Virus record (IMG/VR): IMGVR_UViG_3300043399_000371
Location: 36,285-100,284 of that record
Direction: 5' to 3' (one strand)
DNA length: 64,000 nt
Source: a virus
Taxonomy: Duplodnaviria > Heunggongvirae > Uroviricota > Caudoviricetes
How positions within the stretch are numbered: the first letter of the stretch is position 1; each line of letters opens with the position of its first letter. The notes beneath the pieces were generated by a model. The model was not told where the DNA came from. It worked only from the letters and a program-made list of their open reading frames with translations, and did not search any database. The position numbers were made by a program, and so were the translations under genes. Shown here one piece after another: positions 1 to 8,674 of the stretch.

Positions 1-654
1 AATTGATACCCAATATTTCAGATTCTTGTTCTTGTTCTGAAATAGTGCAACTCCTTGTGAAGAGATTTGTACAGCATAACTTCCAGCAAGAATCTTTGTT
101 AGATTTTCTGTCTTGAAAATAAGCTTGAATGAAGAACCGTTGCCATCACAGATTTCAAGAGAGTCTGTGTGTGTAGAATCATCTTGCATATTAGTAGTTA
201 CGATATACACTTTACTACCATCAGATTCAACAGCAATATGTGGTGAGGAAAGAACAGATGCTGCCCTAAGAATCCAGTTAAAGTCATCAACAGTCAGATC
301 AAATTCTACCTCTGTGGTTGGCATATTGATTGCCTTGTCTGGAGGAAGAACAATCATGGTAGGCTCACAGAAACGATACTTGATCTTTGACCTATTGTTA
401 TTTCCAACAAGAATAACGTGTTTATCATCGAACTCAAATGATGGTGTATCCTTGTGAAGTGAAATTACAGATAGGAAATTATTTAGATCATAAACACCGA
501 AATCTGTAGGAATGTTCTCTTCGATCTCGACCTGTGCAAGAATTGTCTTGTGTGGGTTGACAGTCTTTAGAACATTCCCTGCCTTGAAAAGAATACCTTG
601 GTTGATATTACCAAAGTTTTTTAGAATTGAAATTGTGTCATCAGAAAATTGCAT
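1..654 (-). CDS. gp45: DNA polymerase sliding clamp (T4 gp45-like); 3' end runs off the window
   Basis: Not in ORF track; translated by hand from ATG at 654 (GGAG SD upstream): MQFSDDTISILKNFGNINQGILFKAGNVLKTVNPHKTILAQVEIEENIPTDFGVYDLNNFL...KYWVSI, open to position 1. The N-terminal LKNF.xINQ.I and FGVYDLNxFL motifs are typical of gp45. Confidence 0.92.
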   Translation of the reverse strand, partial: MQFSDDTISILKNFGNINQGILFKAGNVLKTVNPHKTILAQVEIEENIPTDFGVYDLNNFLSVISLHKDTPSFEFDDKHVILVGNNNRSKIKYRFCEPTMIVLPPDKAINMPTTEVEFDLTVDDFNWILRAASVLSSPHIAVESDGSKVYIVTTNMQDDSTHTDSLEICDGNGSSFKLIFKTENLTKILAGSYAVQISSQGVALFQNKNKNLKYWVSI

Positions 655-679
655 TATATAATTACTCCTGTAAAAACGT

Positions 680-708
680 AGTATATCACATCAAAATAGC
701 TTTTTCAA
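680..708 (-). promoter_or_regulatory. sigma70-type (early) promoter for the clamp gene
   Basis: TTGAAA (708-703), 17 nt, TATACT (685-680) with extended -10 TG, 26 nt upstream of the ATG. Confidence 0.7.
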
Positions 709-1302
709 CATCTCATCGACCTTTGCTTCTAGGTCATTGTATGTTCCATCGTTATAAATTATATGATCGAATGTTGAACCCACCCAATCCCATTCAGAAC
801 TGTGAATTGGAAACTGTGACATATATTCGTGGCGTTCATTTTTGTCATCAATTTCAGCAAGTTTTTGATACCAAATCGGTTCTTCTCCACGAATAATCCT
901 AACAATCTTCCCACCGTTTTTCTGAATATAATCAATTTCATTTCCGAATCGAACATCAGTAACAACAACTTTTCGTCCATTAGCCCTGTTCAGAAGTGAA
1001 ATGACCCAAATATCTGGGTGAAAAACATTCCTACCTGCTTCGGTGCCAAGTAGTTGTAATGCTTCCCTTGGTGTGAATTTGAAGCCAAATTTTTCTGACC
1101 AAAATGGATCTGGTAATTCTCTCCATTTTCTTGAAACTTCTGTATCGCCTTCAAGTAGTGAGCGGGGCCACCCAAAAATAAATGAACAAGCATCCTTTAA
1201 AGGTTTTGCGAAAGAATCTTTTTCGAAACCTTTTTGCTCAAGGATATCCCCAACAGTCCCCTTACCAGATCCAATAAACCCAACTAGACCGATCAAAGCC
1301 AT
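691..1302 (-). CDS. gp1: deoxynucleoside monophosphate kinase (T4 gp1-like)
   Basis: P-loop GFIGSGKGT, FAKPLKD, TPREALQLLGTE, IWV, VVVTDVRFGNE. Confidence 0.92.
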   Translation of the reverse strand: MALIGLVGFIGSGKGTVGDILEQKGFEKDSFAKPLKDACSFIFGWPRSLLEGDTEVSRKWRELPDPFWSEKFGFKFTPREALQLLGTEAGRNVFHPDIWVISLLNRANGRKVVVTDVRFGNEIDYIQKNGGKIVRIIRGEEPIWYQKLAEIDDKNERHEYMSQFPIHSSEWDWVGSTFDHIIYNDGTYNDLEAKVDEMLKKLF

Positions 1303-1511
1303 TATATATTATTCCTTTCAATCCAAATTCTTTTTCCAGTTTCTTTATCAACAATCCAAGTTTTACCTTTTAACTTTTTAGCACCACTTTTGTCGCCAGA
1401 TAATTGTGGACACTTTTTCCCTTATTCCAAGCAACCTGTCCTTTAGAATTTTCAGACATTTTTTTAAAGTTTTTTGTCAAACCAGATGTAAACAAACCCA
1501 TACTTTTCCAC
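1302..1511 (-). pseudogene. internally deleted, frameshifted GIY-YIG/NUMOD3 homing endonuclease remnant
   Basis: GTG at 1511 gives MEKYGFVYIWFDKKL-stop (Seg-type N-terminus). An adjacent frame gives TLKKMSENSKGQVAWNKGK (NUMOD3-like). After a 1-nt shift in an A-run: CPQLSGDKSGAKKLKGKTWIVDKETGKRIWIERNNI-TAA, overlapping the gp1 ATG. Confidence 0.75.
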
Positions 1512-1512
1512 A

Positions 1513-1551
1513 AAATACTCCTATAAAATTTATTCTACAGGAGTATTTATA
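1513..1551 (-). promoter_or_regulatory. T4 late promoter TATAAATA overlapping an RBS-sequestering hairpin
   Basis: TATAAATA at 1551-1544. Perfect 10-bp inverted repeat (1513-1522/1539-1548) whose downstream arm contains the AGGAG SD of the GTG at 1511. Confidence 0.8.
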
Positions 1552-1562
1552 ATTTCATCGAT

Positions 1563-2378
1563 TTACAATTTTCCCGCGAACATTGCTACTGCTTGCATAT
1601 TGCCGGTAAATGCATATGAGCCGATATGCTGTGTCTTAACCCAAGGGCATAGGAAGATTGATCCACCTAGTTTACGCCACATTTGACAGAACATATAATC
1701 TTCACTTAGGTAACGATCACTACCACCACCTGTAATGCTGTTCTCGCTATCGATTACTGTATCAAAGTATGCGTGAATATAACGTGATCCATCAAAATTT
1801 GCTTGTCCAACATGATCTGGTTTGTAGTGAATCATTTGATAAGCTTCCTGCATCTTGTCAAAAACATGACGCTTGATCATCATGTAGCCTGTGCCGATTT
1901 CAAGAACTTCTAGTGGCTCAGTTACTGAGAATTGTGTGGTGCCTTTAACCACATTGAAAACATATTCGCCAACAAGGTTTTCTAGTTCGCGTGGTTCAAT
2001 GTTTGGATTCTTTAGAACTGCTTCTTTGATATTTCCCCAATTGATTGACTTTTTGGGATATGGTGCGCCAATGATATCTTTATCCAAAGCAAGCATTGCC
2101 ATAACGTCTTGTGGATTAAAATTGATATCGGAATCAATAAAGAGCAAATGTGTATAATCTGTACGTAGAAATTCATCAACAAGATAATTTCTAGCCCTAG
2201 TAATTAGGGATTCATTGAAGAGAAATGAAAACTTTACTTCAATACCATAACGCGAAAAGGTATTCTGAAGATCTAGACATGATTTAATGTAGAGACCATG
2301 TGCCATGCCGCCATACATTGGTGTGGCAATAAAAATTTTGTTTTTCTTCAATTCATCAACGGATACTTTAATTTCCAT
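1563..2378 (-). CDS. GT-A fold (GT2-like) glycosyltransferase-like protein
   Basis: IFIATPMYGG, ITRARN, THLLFIDSDINF (DxD), SEDYMFC...HIG. Start moved to ATG 2378 (GGAG SD). Confidence 0.65.
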   Translation of the reverse strand: MEIKVSVDELKKNKIFIATPMYGGMAHGLYIKSCLDLQNTFSRYGIEVKFSFLFNESLITRARNYLVDEFLRTDYTHLLFIDSDINFNPQDVMAMLALDKDIIGAPYPKKSINWGNIKEAVLKNPNIEPRELENLVGEYVFNVVKGTTQFSVTEPLEVLEIGTGYMMIKRHVFDKMQEAYQMIHYKPDHVGQANFDGSRYIHAYFDTVIDSENSITGGGSDRYLSEDYMFCQMWRKLGGSIFLCPWVKTQHIGSYAFTGNMQAVAMFAGKL

Positions 2379-2393
2379 AATAACTCCATAATT

Positions 2394-2429
2394 AAAAAAG
2401 GGAAAGCCATACAAGTATATAGCTTTCCC
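2394..2429 (-). terminator. intrinsic terminator after the HTH gene
   Basis: GGGAAAGC...GCTTTCCC stem followed by TTTTTT on the minus strand. Confidence 0.75.
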
Positions 2430-2451
2430 ACCTCTAGACTACATCAGGTTT

Positions 2452-2706
2452 TTAGAACTTTTTTGATGTGGCCTTTACTTGTTTTGATGTTGTTTTTGGG
2501 GTAGTGTTGAGAACGTAGAAGTATGTTTTTGTTCCATCTTTACGAACTTTGGTTTTTGATACAATATCATAACCGTCTTTGCGAAGTTCACTAACCCTTG
2601 CGCGGACATTACAGATACCAAAACGTGCCTGTGCTTGGGCAACAGTTAGAGTTGCGCCTTCTTTTTTGGATAGTGCGGTTAGGATTTGTTCTTTTGCTGT
2701 TTTCAT
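2452..2706 (-). CDS. small winged-HTH DNA-binding protein
   Basis: QILTAL..G.TLTVAQAQARFGICNVRARVSELRKDGYDI followed by a beta-wing (TYFYVL); basic C-tail; GGAG SD. Confidence 0.7.
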   Translation of the reverse strand: MKTAKEQILTALSKKEGATLTVAQAQARFGICNVRARVSELRKDGYDIVSKTKVRKDGTKTYFYVLNTTPKTTSKQVKATSKKF

Positions 2707-2753
2707 AAAAACTCCATAATGTTATTCGGCTAAGACCAATTCTTAGCCTACTG

Positions 2754-2782
2754 ATTGTAACACAGATTTGATTCTGTGTCAA
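2754..2782 (-). promoter_or_regulatory. sigma70 promoter with a palindrome in the spacer
   Basis: TTGACA (2782-2777), 17 nt, TACAAT (2759-2754). ACACAGA-N6-TCTGTGT inverted repeat at 2760-2779. 8-bp hairpin at 2728-2748 in the 5' UTR. Confidence 0.8.
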
Positions 2783-3943
2783 TTAAAATTCTTCAACCTT
2801 GTTCGGATCGGTTTCTGATTCTTTTTTGGATTCTTCTTCCTTATGAGATCCATCATCAACTTTTGTATATAGATCCAAGAATGATGCTTTTGTATCATCA
2901 TCAAAACGATTCAGACAAAGTGTGATTGCTTTAATTTTGTCCTTGAAGATCCCATATGTCTCGACAATATGCACTAGACGACGGGTAGAAATTACTTCAT
3001 CACAACCACCATCATCAAATGTTTTACGAATGACATCTGCCCATAGAACAAGCTTTTCGGCAAAGTTATCATCATCACAACCAACTGAAGAAAGTTCTTT
3101 TTTGATGATTTTCTTTTCTGTGTTTACTGGTGCCCAACCCTGTTCGATAGTATTGCGGAAACGCTCAAGGAAAGCTTCATTTAGAACATTGGTAAACATA
3201 TACCGACCATCATCAGAACCTTTACCTTTTGTATTTGCAGTAGCGAATACGGTAAACCCCTCTGATGGGGTAACAAGTTCACCTTTCTTTTTGAGCATGA
3301 AAGGTTTGCCTTCTAGAACACGTTGAAGGCTAGATAGGTTTTGTGCGCCATAATCAATCTCATCGATACATAGAACTGCACCTTGACGAGCGGCAGTAGT
3401 AACAGGACCATCTCGCCAAACCATTTGTCCATCGATTAGAACAAAGTTGCCTAGAAGATCCGACTCATCTGTATCGGGAGTCATAGACACACAAATGAAT
3501 TTGCGTTTTGCTTTGGCGCAAGCTTGTTCAATACTCATGGTTTTTCCGTTTCCAGAATGACCAGAGATGAAGACTGGAAAGAAACGATTTGACTTGACGA
3601 TTTCAAGAATATCGTTAAAGTTTCCAAATGGGACATAATTCTTGTACACTTTTGGTACAAGATCATCAAGTTCAATGTCTGTAGAGACTGAACTAATCCT
3701 GTTGTGTTCATGATCGTTTTTCAATGGGATTACCTGCGCTTGTTGTTTAGCCATATCCATAACTGATGCGGGAACTTTGTATAGTCCACGGGAGATTCGG
3801 TTTTCTGGATCATTGACGAACCATTGTGGTACTGCCATTTTGTTTTCACGGCAAACGTCAATAATTTCGGTTTTAGTGATTTCAGTCTTACCAAGACCGA
3901 TGATTAGAGAAATAAACTTTTCACGAGTTTCATTATAATTCAT
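2783..3943 (-). CDS. MoxR/CobS-like AAA+ ATPase (AAA_5 type)
   Basis: Walker A GHSGNGKT, Walker B VLCIDEID, FATANTKGKG, AFLERF, ISTRRL. Start moved to ATG 3943 (AAGGA SD). Confidence 0.88.
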   Translation of the reverse strand: MNYNETREKFISLIIGLGKTEITKTEIIDVCRENKMAVPQWFVNDPENRISRGLYKVPASVMDMAKQQAQVIPLKNDHEHNRISSVSTDIELDDLVPKVYKNYVPFGNFNDILEIVKSNRFFPVFISGHSGNGKTMSIEQACAKAKRKFICVSMTPDTDESDLLGNFVLIDGQMVWRDGPVTTAARQGAVLCIDEIDYGAQNLSSLQRVLEGKPFMLKKKGELVTPSEGFTVFATANTKGKGSDDGRYMFTNVLNEAFLERFRNTIEQGWAPVNTEKKIIKKELSSVGCDDDNFAEKLVLWADVIRKTFDDGGCDEVISTRRLVHIVETYGIFKDKIKAITLCLNRFDDDTKASFLDLYTKVDDGSHKEEESKKESETDPNKVEEF

Positions 3944-3962
3944 TTTATTTCCTTTTAAGCTA

Positions 3963-4001
3963 GGGTGGTATAAGATTATACCACCCAATTCAAGTTGTCA
4001 A
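3963..4001 (-). promoter_or_regulatory. sigma70 promoter overlapped by an 11-bp inverted repeat
   Basis: TTGACA (4001-3996); TGGTATAAT extended -10 (TATAAT 3980-3975; alternatively TAATCT at 17-nt spacing). IR GGGTGGTATAA-N2-TTATACCACCC at 3963-3986. Confidence 0.7.
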
Positions 4002-4005
4002 TAGA

Positions 4006-6180
4006 TCAGAAAGAAATGTCTTCAACAAATTTAGAAACCATGACCCGAGAGACATTACGCTTCTTATACATTTTCATGAAAGCATTCTTCAATTTGTTTG
4101 CAGTCATTGTACCATCAACTTCAATTTCAACATCATCAGACCTCAGATCTTGACCACCCAATACAAAGAAAAATTTAGAATATCCGGGATTGCTGGATAC
4201 AATAAAATTTTGTGCCTTTAGTGTTGCATAAATTTTATTGATGAGGTTGGTTGATGCAGCATGATCTTTAATCTCTTTTTCTTTAAAAGATACTCTATCA
4301 TCAAAAACAAATTTCTTTCTTAGATTGGATTTCAACTTCGATTGTGGTGCAACAAAAAACCCAATAACTTTTGATCCAGTCTTGTGTGTAAACCACTCAA
4401 GTAAAGCCTGAGTAACAAGTTGCCTTTGTTCATACACAAAAGAAAATTCCAATTTCTTTTGAAAATGTGTACTCTTATCCTGAATTACAACATTAGCGTT
4501 CCTATTATCAAAACTATTATAATTCAAATTATGATCGTAAAATGATTCTGTTCTATCAGAATCGCCATCCTGAACAATAACAAGATTGGTAATATCCAAA
4601 CCATGTTTTTTCTTGAATTCTACCATAACATCCGCAACAGCAATAATAGCTTCGTTTAGTGGAGTTGAAGAAAGTGTTTCGCTACGAGGTCTGCCGATAT
4701 AATTAAATGGCTCATAAGATTTCATGAGACACACCATATTCCACAAACAATCATTAAATTGTTTCTTGGACATATCAGAATTCAAATATTCCCTGAGTTT
4801 AACATAACCCAATGCGATATTATTTTTTTCAATTTGGAAAAATGTATTTTTTGTTTGGAAATATGAATCTTTTGGTATGGGTGGAATGTCATTATCAAGC
4901 CTAATGACACTAATATCATCATTGAAACACAATACCCTAAAAGGAATGTTCACCTTTCGACAGAACATAGATAGCACAAGGATCTGTTCGATAGAACCAC
5001 TCATGTTGTCTTCCATAGATCCACTACCATCAAGAAGAAGAATCAGACCATGCGATTTTCCTTTTGGAACAACCATAACTTTCTTGAAAATATTGTCATC
5101 GAATTTGTAGTTAGAAAGTTTGCTGATATCAATGTCGCCAGTATCGGAAACTTTGGTCTTTGAAAAAACTTTTGCAGCTTTCTTCATCTCAAATTCTTTA
5201 ACGAGAAGATCTACATATTTTTCATTTTTTTCTTTAAATTCTTTTAGATTTGTGTCAGCTACCTTTTGGGTAAGTCCATTATTATTATTAATTTTTTCCA
5301 TATAGAAATCACGAAGTTGTGATTGGACTTTTTGCCAAGGAGTGACGATCAAATCATTTTCTGGTTTAGGAATATTCACATAAACATATTTTTTACATTT
5401 GTCATCAACGAGAGATGCTTCATTTTCCCTGAATTTCTCATCTGTGTTACAAGTTGGGAAAAATTCTTCAAGAAGTTGTGCAATGTCTTCTGGAATAGTG
5501 ATTGATTCATCATTATCATTATCATTAATATATTCATCATCAAAGTAATCATCGTTATCAATTGCAGCCCTTTCAATCCCAAAGGAAAATGGGTCTGCAT
5601 TTTTCAGTTTGAATTGTTCTTTTTTGGAATACACCCAGATGTCATTTGTTAGAGAAATTACATCATCCCACGTTTCAAGGTTCTTTGTCCTTACAACAAA
5701 ACCCGATTCGATGTTATTGAATTTAATATTATATGTGTACTGTGATTTTGAATAGATGTTTAGACGGTCAATGAATGGCAGTTTGTTGACATCATCATTG
5801 CCGATACCAAAGAAATCCCGATCAAATAGAATCTTGTAAGCGGCAACGAATGATGCGCGAAGACCGGGGTAACGACGTTGGATTTTCTTTTCAATCCGAG
5901 CGTCTTCCACAACATTTAGAAAATGTTTGAAGCTTAGTGGTTTGTTGTCTTCAAGTACAGCATCATGCCATCCTTGAACTGGAGTGTACAGAGCATGGCC
6001 GACCTCATGACCCGTAAGCAGATCATAGATCTCACCAGTCATATCTTTCCAGATGGGAAGATAGAGAATTCGATTTTTTACATCGAACTTTGCGGTACTT
6101 AGTTTTTGATGCTCAACCGTAAGATTTTCGGTTGCCATCAATTTTGCAAGACGAGATTTTGATTGAGTTGTGTAGGTCAT
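4006..6180 (-). CDS. CobT-like protein: N-terminal HExxH metallopeptidase-like domain plus C-terminal VWA domain (MoxR partner)
   Basis: GHEVGHALYT and NVVEDARIE; MIDAS LLLDGSGSM, STPLNEA, VIVQDGD. Adjacent to the AAA+ gene. Confidence 0.82.
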   Translation of the reverse strand: MTYTTQSKSRLAKLMATENLTVEHQKLSTAKFDVKNRILYLPIWKDMTGEIYDLLTGHEVGHALYTPVQGWHDAVLEDNKPLSFKHFLNVVEDARIEKKIQRRYPGLRASFVAAYKILFDRDFFGIGNDDVNKLPFIDRLNIYSKSQYTYNIKFNNIESGFVVRTKNLETWDDVISLTNDIWVYSKKEQFKLKNADPFSFGIERAAIDNDDYFDDEYINDNDNDESITIPEDIAQLLEEFFPTCNTDEKFRENEASLVDDKCKKYVYVNIPKPENDLIVTPWQKVQSQLRDFYMEKINNNNGLTQKVADTNLKEFKEKNEKYVDLLVKEFEMKKAAKVFSKTKVSDTGDIDISKLSNYKFDDNIFKKVMVVPKGKSHGLILLLDGSGSMEDNMSGSIEQILVLSMFCRKVNIPFRVLCFNDDISVIRLDNDIPPIPKDSYFQTKNTFFQIEKNNIALGYVKLREYLNSDMSKKQFNDCLWNMVCLMKSYEPFNYIGRPRSETLSSTPLNEAIIAVADVMVEFKKKHGLDITNLVIVQDGDSDRTESFYDHNLNYNSFDNRNANVVIQDKSTHFQKKLEFSFVYEQRQLVTQALLEWFTHKTGSKVIGFFVAPQSKLKSNLRKKFVFDDRVSFKEKEIKDHAASTNLINKIYATLKAQNFIVSSNPGYSKFFFVLGGQDLRSDDVEIEVDGTMTANKLKNAFMKMYKKRNVSRVMVSKFVEDISF

Positions 6181-6238
6181 TTCCACCATCCTTTGTTGAA
6201 GATGGTGGAATCATAACTGATGCAGAATTGGTTGTCAA
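6181..6238 (-). promoter_or_regulatory. sigma70 promoter plus hairpin covering the RBS of the VWA gene
   Basis: TTGACA (6238-6233), 17 nt, TATGAT (6215-6210). Perfect 10-bp IR 6181-6190/6201-6210 ending at the ATG (6180). Confidence 0.78.
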
Positions 6239-6783
6239 GTCATTCGTTTGTATCTTTTTAGAATTTTTTGTTGCTTCTTTCTTGCCAACATCAATGTGGT
6301 GTTCCCTACCCTATCAACAAATCGAACACCATTCAGATGATCCAATTCGTGCAAGAAACATCTAGCGGTAATTCCTTCAAGCCTCATTTGTTTCTCATCA
6401 CCGAATTCATTTTGAAAACTAACTTCGATCCATGATGGTCTCGGAACAGTCATGAAAAGTGCTGGAAAAGATAAGCAACCTTCTTTGTCTTTAACAACAT
6501 CTTCAGACATTGTTAAAACTTTTGGATTGAAACAAACCAATTCAAAATCTTCTGTTCCAATAACAAAAGCCCTCATTGGAATACCACATTGATTTGCGGA
6601 TAAACCAATACCAGAATACAACCTACGTGTCAAATTCAATCGCCTTGCTAGAGTAATTGTATCGAAACCAAAACTTGATACCTCTGGCATACGTTTAGAC
6701 AACATAGAAAAATCTTCACCATATAAAGGTAAAGGTTCTACTGTCTGATTCTCTTCTGTGTTAAATGTAATAAATTCACTCAT
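6235..6783 (-). CDS. def: peptide deformylase
   Basis: All three PDF motifs: GIGLSANQCG, EGCLSFP, HELDHLNG. ATGA overlap with the upstream gene. Confidence 0.95.
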   Translation of the reverse strand: MSEFITFNTEENQTVEPLPLYGEDFSMLSKRMPEVSSFGFDTITLARRLNLTRRLYSGIGLSANQCGIPMRAFVIGTEDFELVCFNPKVLTMSEDVVKDKEGCLSFPALFMTVPRPSWIEVSFQNEFGDEKQMRLEGITARCFLHELDHLNGVRFVDRVGNTTLMLARKKQQKILKRYKRMT

Positions 6784-6965
6784 AATACCCAATCCTCTGC
6801 AAATATTTCAGCATCTTCTTCTCTTTCAAAAGTGTCTACAAGATACTCACTATCATCATTCAATATCTCATGTCTCTCAACAAAATATACCTTTTTAATC
6901 ATATCGAATGAAATTATAGAAGTTCTTTTCTTATCAGCACTTTCATACACGCTAATTGTTTTCAT
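6780..6965 (-). CDS. hypothetical protein (61 aa)
   Basis: Fills the gap between gp46 and def with 4-nt start/stop overlaps on both sides; ends EEDAEIFAEDWVL. Confidence 0.7.
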   Translation of the reverse strand: MKTISVYESADKKRTSIISFDMIKKVYFVERHEILNDDSEYLVDTFEREEDAEIFAEDWVL

Positions 6966-8674
6966 TTTACTATCCTTGAAAAATTTTTGACTTTCTCAAA
7001 CTTAATCACATCATCAAACTTTTCATAAAGTATATCACCTTTATGGGAGATAACAAATAGGTTGACATCTTCTAACATATGGAGAATGTTCATCAGATAT
7101 TCTGTTCCATTAGTATCTAGTGAGGAATCGAAGATCTCATCCAGAAACAATAGATTTGTATTTGTTGAATTTTTTAACTTTGCAATTGCTCTCCATGTCA
7201 ACATCAGAGACATATCAATTCTTTGTTTCTCGCCTTCAGAGAAATTATTATATGTGAACTCATCTCTGTGCCTAGACTTGATTGTTTCCTTAAAAGATTC
7301 ATCCAAATTAAAATTAACGAAAAATTCCAATGCAGATAAATACTTATTTACTAGTTTATTAATTACTGGTAAATACTGTTTAATGATTTTTGTCTTGATT
7401 CCATTATCCTTTAGAAGAGATGAAGCAACATCATAATATTCTTTTTCTTCTATAAGACTTTTCAAATGATTTTGTTTTTCTTTCAACTCTTTCTGGAGAT
7501 CGACTAATGTATTTTCATCCTCTACACGCAATGTTTTGGTTTCATTTAATTCTTCAATTTCCTTATTCAGTTTGGTAATATATTTGTTGGTTTCATTTAT
7601 AGCAGTATTATTCGAAGAGATCTTTACCTGTAATGCTTGAGCCTTTTTCAAAGCAACCAAAATGTCATCGAGTTTGTGCTGCTGTTCTTGAATCTTTTCT
7701 TCTATCTTTTTCAAGCCTTCTCTTGATTCTTTTATTTTTGAATCAAGTTTCTTTAACTCTTCTTTCTTAAAGTCATCATCAATTTTTTGACGGCAAGTCG
7801 GACAGTTATCGTTCTCGGTAAAAAATGCAGAATCGGTTTCTAGTCTTGACAAATTATTTTCGATCTTTGATTCGATCTTATTGATTTCTTTTATCTTAGT
7901 TTCGACTGAAGATTTGTCTGAAATCTTTTCTTGGTACTCCGACAATAGTGTAGTATTGGTTTCGTTGTCTTTCAAAAGTTTTTCAATACTTTCATTGTAT
8001 TTTTTAATTTCTTCCTTATACTTCTCGATCTTCTCATTATTGTTTTGCTTCAATGCTTCGATATGTTTTTTCTCTAATTCATATTTCTGCTTCAACAATT
8101 CAATTTCGTTCTTGACACTAGAAAGAAGATCCTTATTGTTTGATACTTTGTCTTTGATGATTGTATTCATCGTGGAGAAGATTTGGATGTCTAGTAAATC
8201 TTCAATGATTGCTCTTCTATCTCCAGCCGACAATTGCATGAATGGAACAAATGATGCGGAACCTAGAATCACGATCTGAGTAAAAGACTTGAAGTTAAAT
8301 TTAAGAATTGTCTTCTCCAAAACTTCCTGATAGTCTTTCATTGTGGATTCTTGGTTCAACAAATTGCCATCCTGAAAGATCTGAAATACATTAGGTTTGA
8401 TTCCACGAACAATCTTATATCGCTTTCCATTTGTCGAAAACTCAAGTTCAACCACACAATCTTTTTGATTGATGCTATTTACAAGTTGACCCTTATTCAC
8501 GCTACGGAATGGTTTGCCGAAAAGAGCGAAACACAATGCATCTAGAACGGTAGACTTTCCTGCACCATTCTCACCAATGATCAAAGAGTTCTTGTTGCTA
8601 TTTAGTTGAATCTCTGTCCAATAATTTCCAGAACTTAATAGATTCTTATACCTAATACATTCAAAAATAATCAT
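6962..8674 (-). CDS. gp46: recombination endonuclease subunit, Rad50/SbcC-like
   Basis: Walker A GENGAGKST, long coiled coil with CPTC zinc hook, FSEGEKQR signature, LFLDEIFDSSLD, FVISH. Confidence 0.96.
   Translation of the reverse strand: MIIFECIRYKNLLSSGNYWTEIQLNSNKNSLIIGENGAGKSTVLDALCFALFGKPFRSVNKGQLVNSINQKDCVVELEFSTNGKRYKIVRGIKPNVFQIFQDGNLLNQESTMKDYQEVLEKTILKFNFKSFTQIVILGSASFVPFMQLSAGDRRAIIEDLLDIQIFSTMNTIIKDKVSNNKDLLSSVKNEIELLKQKYELEKKHIEALKQNNNEKIEKYKEEIKKYNESIEKLLKDNETNTTLLSEYQEKISDKSSVETKIKEINKIESKIENNLSRLETDSAFFTENDNCPTCRQKIDDDFKKEELKKLDSKIKESREGLKKIEEKIQEQQHKLDDILVALKKAQALQVKISSNNTAINETNKYITKLNKEIEELNETKTLRVEDENTLVDLQKELKEKQNHLKSLIEEKEYYDVASSLLKDNGIKTKIIKQYLPVINKLVNKYLSALEFFVNFNLDESFKETIKSRHRDEFTYNNFSEGEKQRIDMSLMLTWRAIAKLKNSTNTNLLFLDEIFDSSLDTNGTEYLMNILHMLEDVNLFVISHKGDILYEKFDDVIKFEKVKNFSRIVK

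Noticed and set aside
113-457. Plus-strand 114-aa ORF, and the many other short plus-strand ORFs in the track
   Set aside because: They are antisense shadows of conserved minus-strand genes (here gp45), with no SD or recognisable motif. Only 37369-38070 and 63950-64000 are supported on the plus strand.
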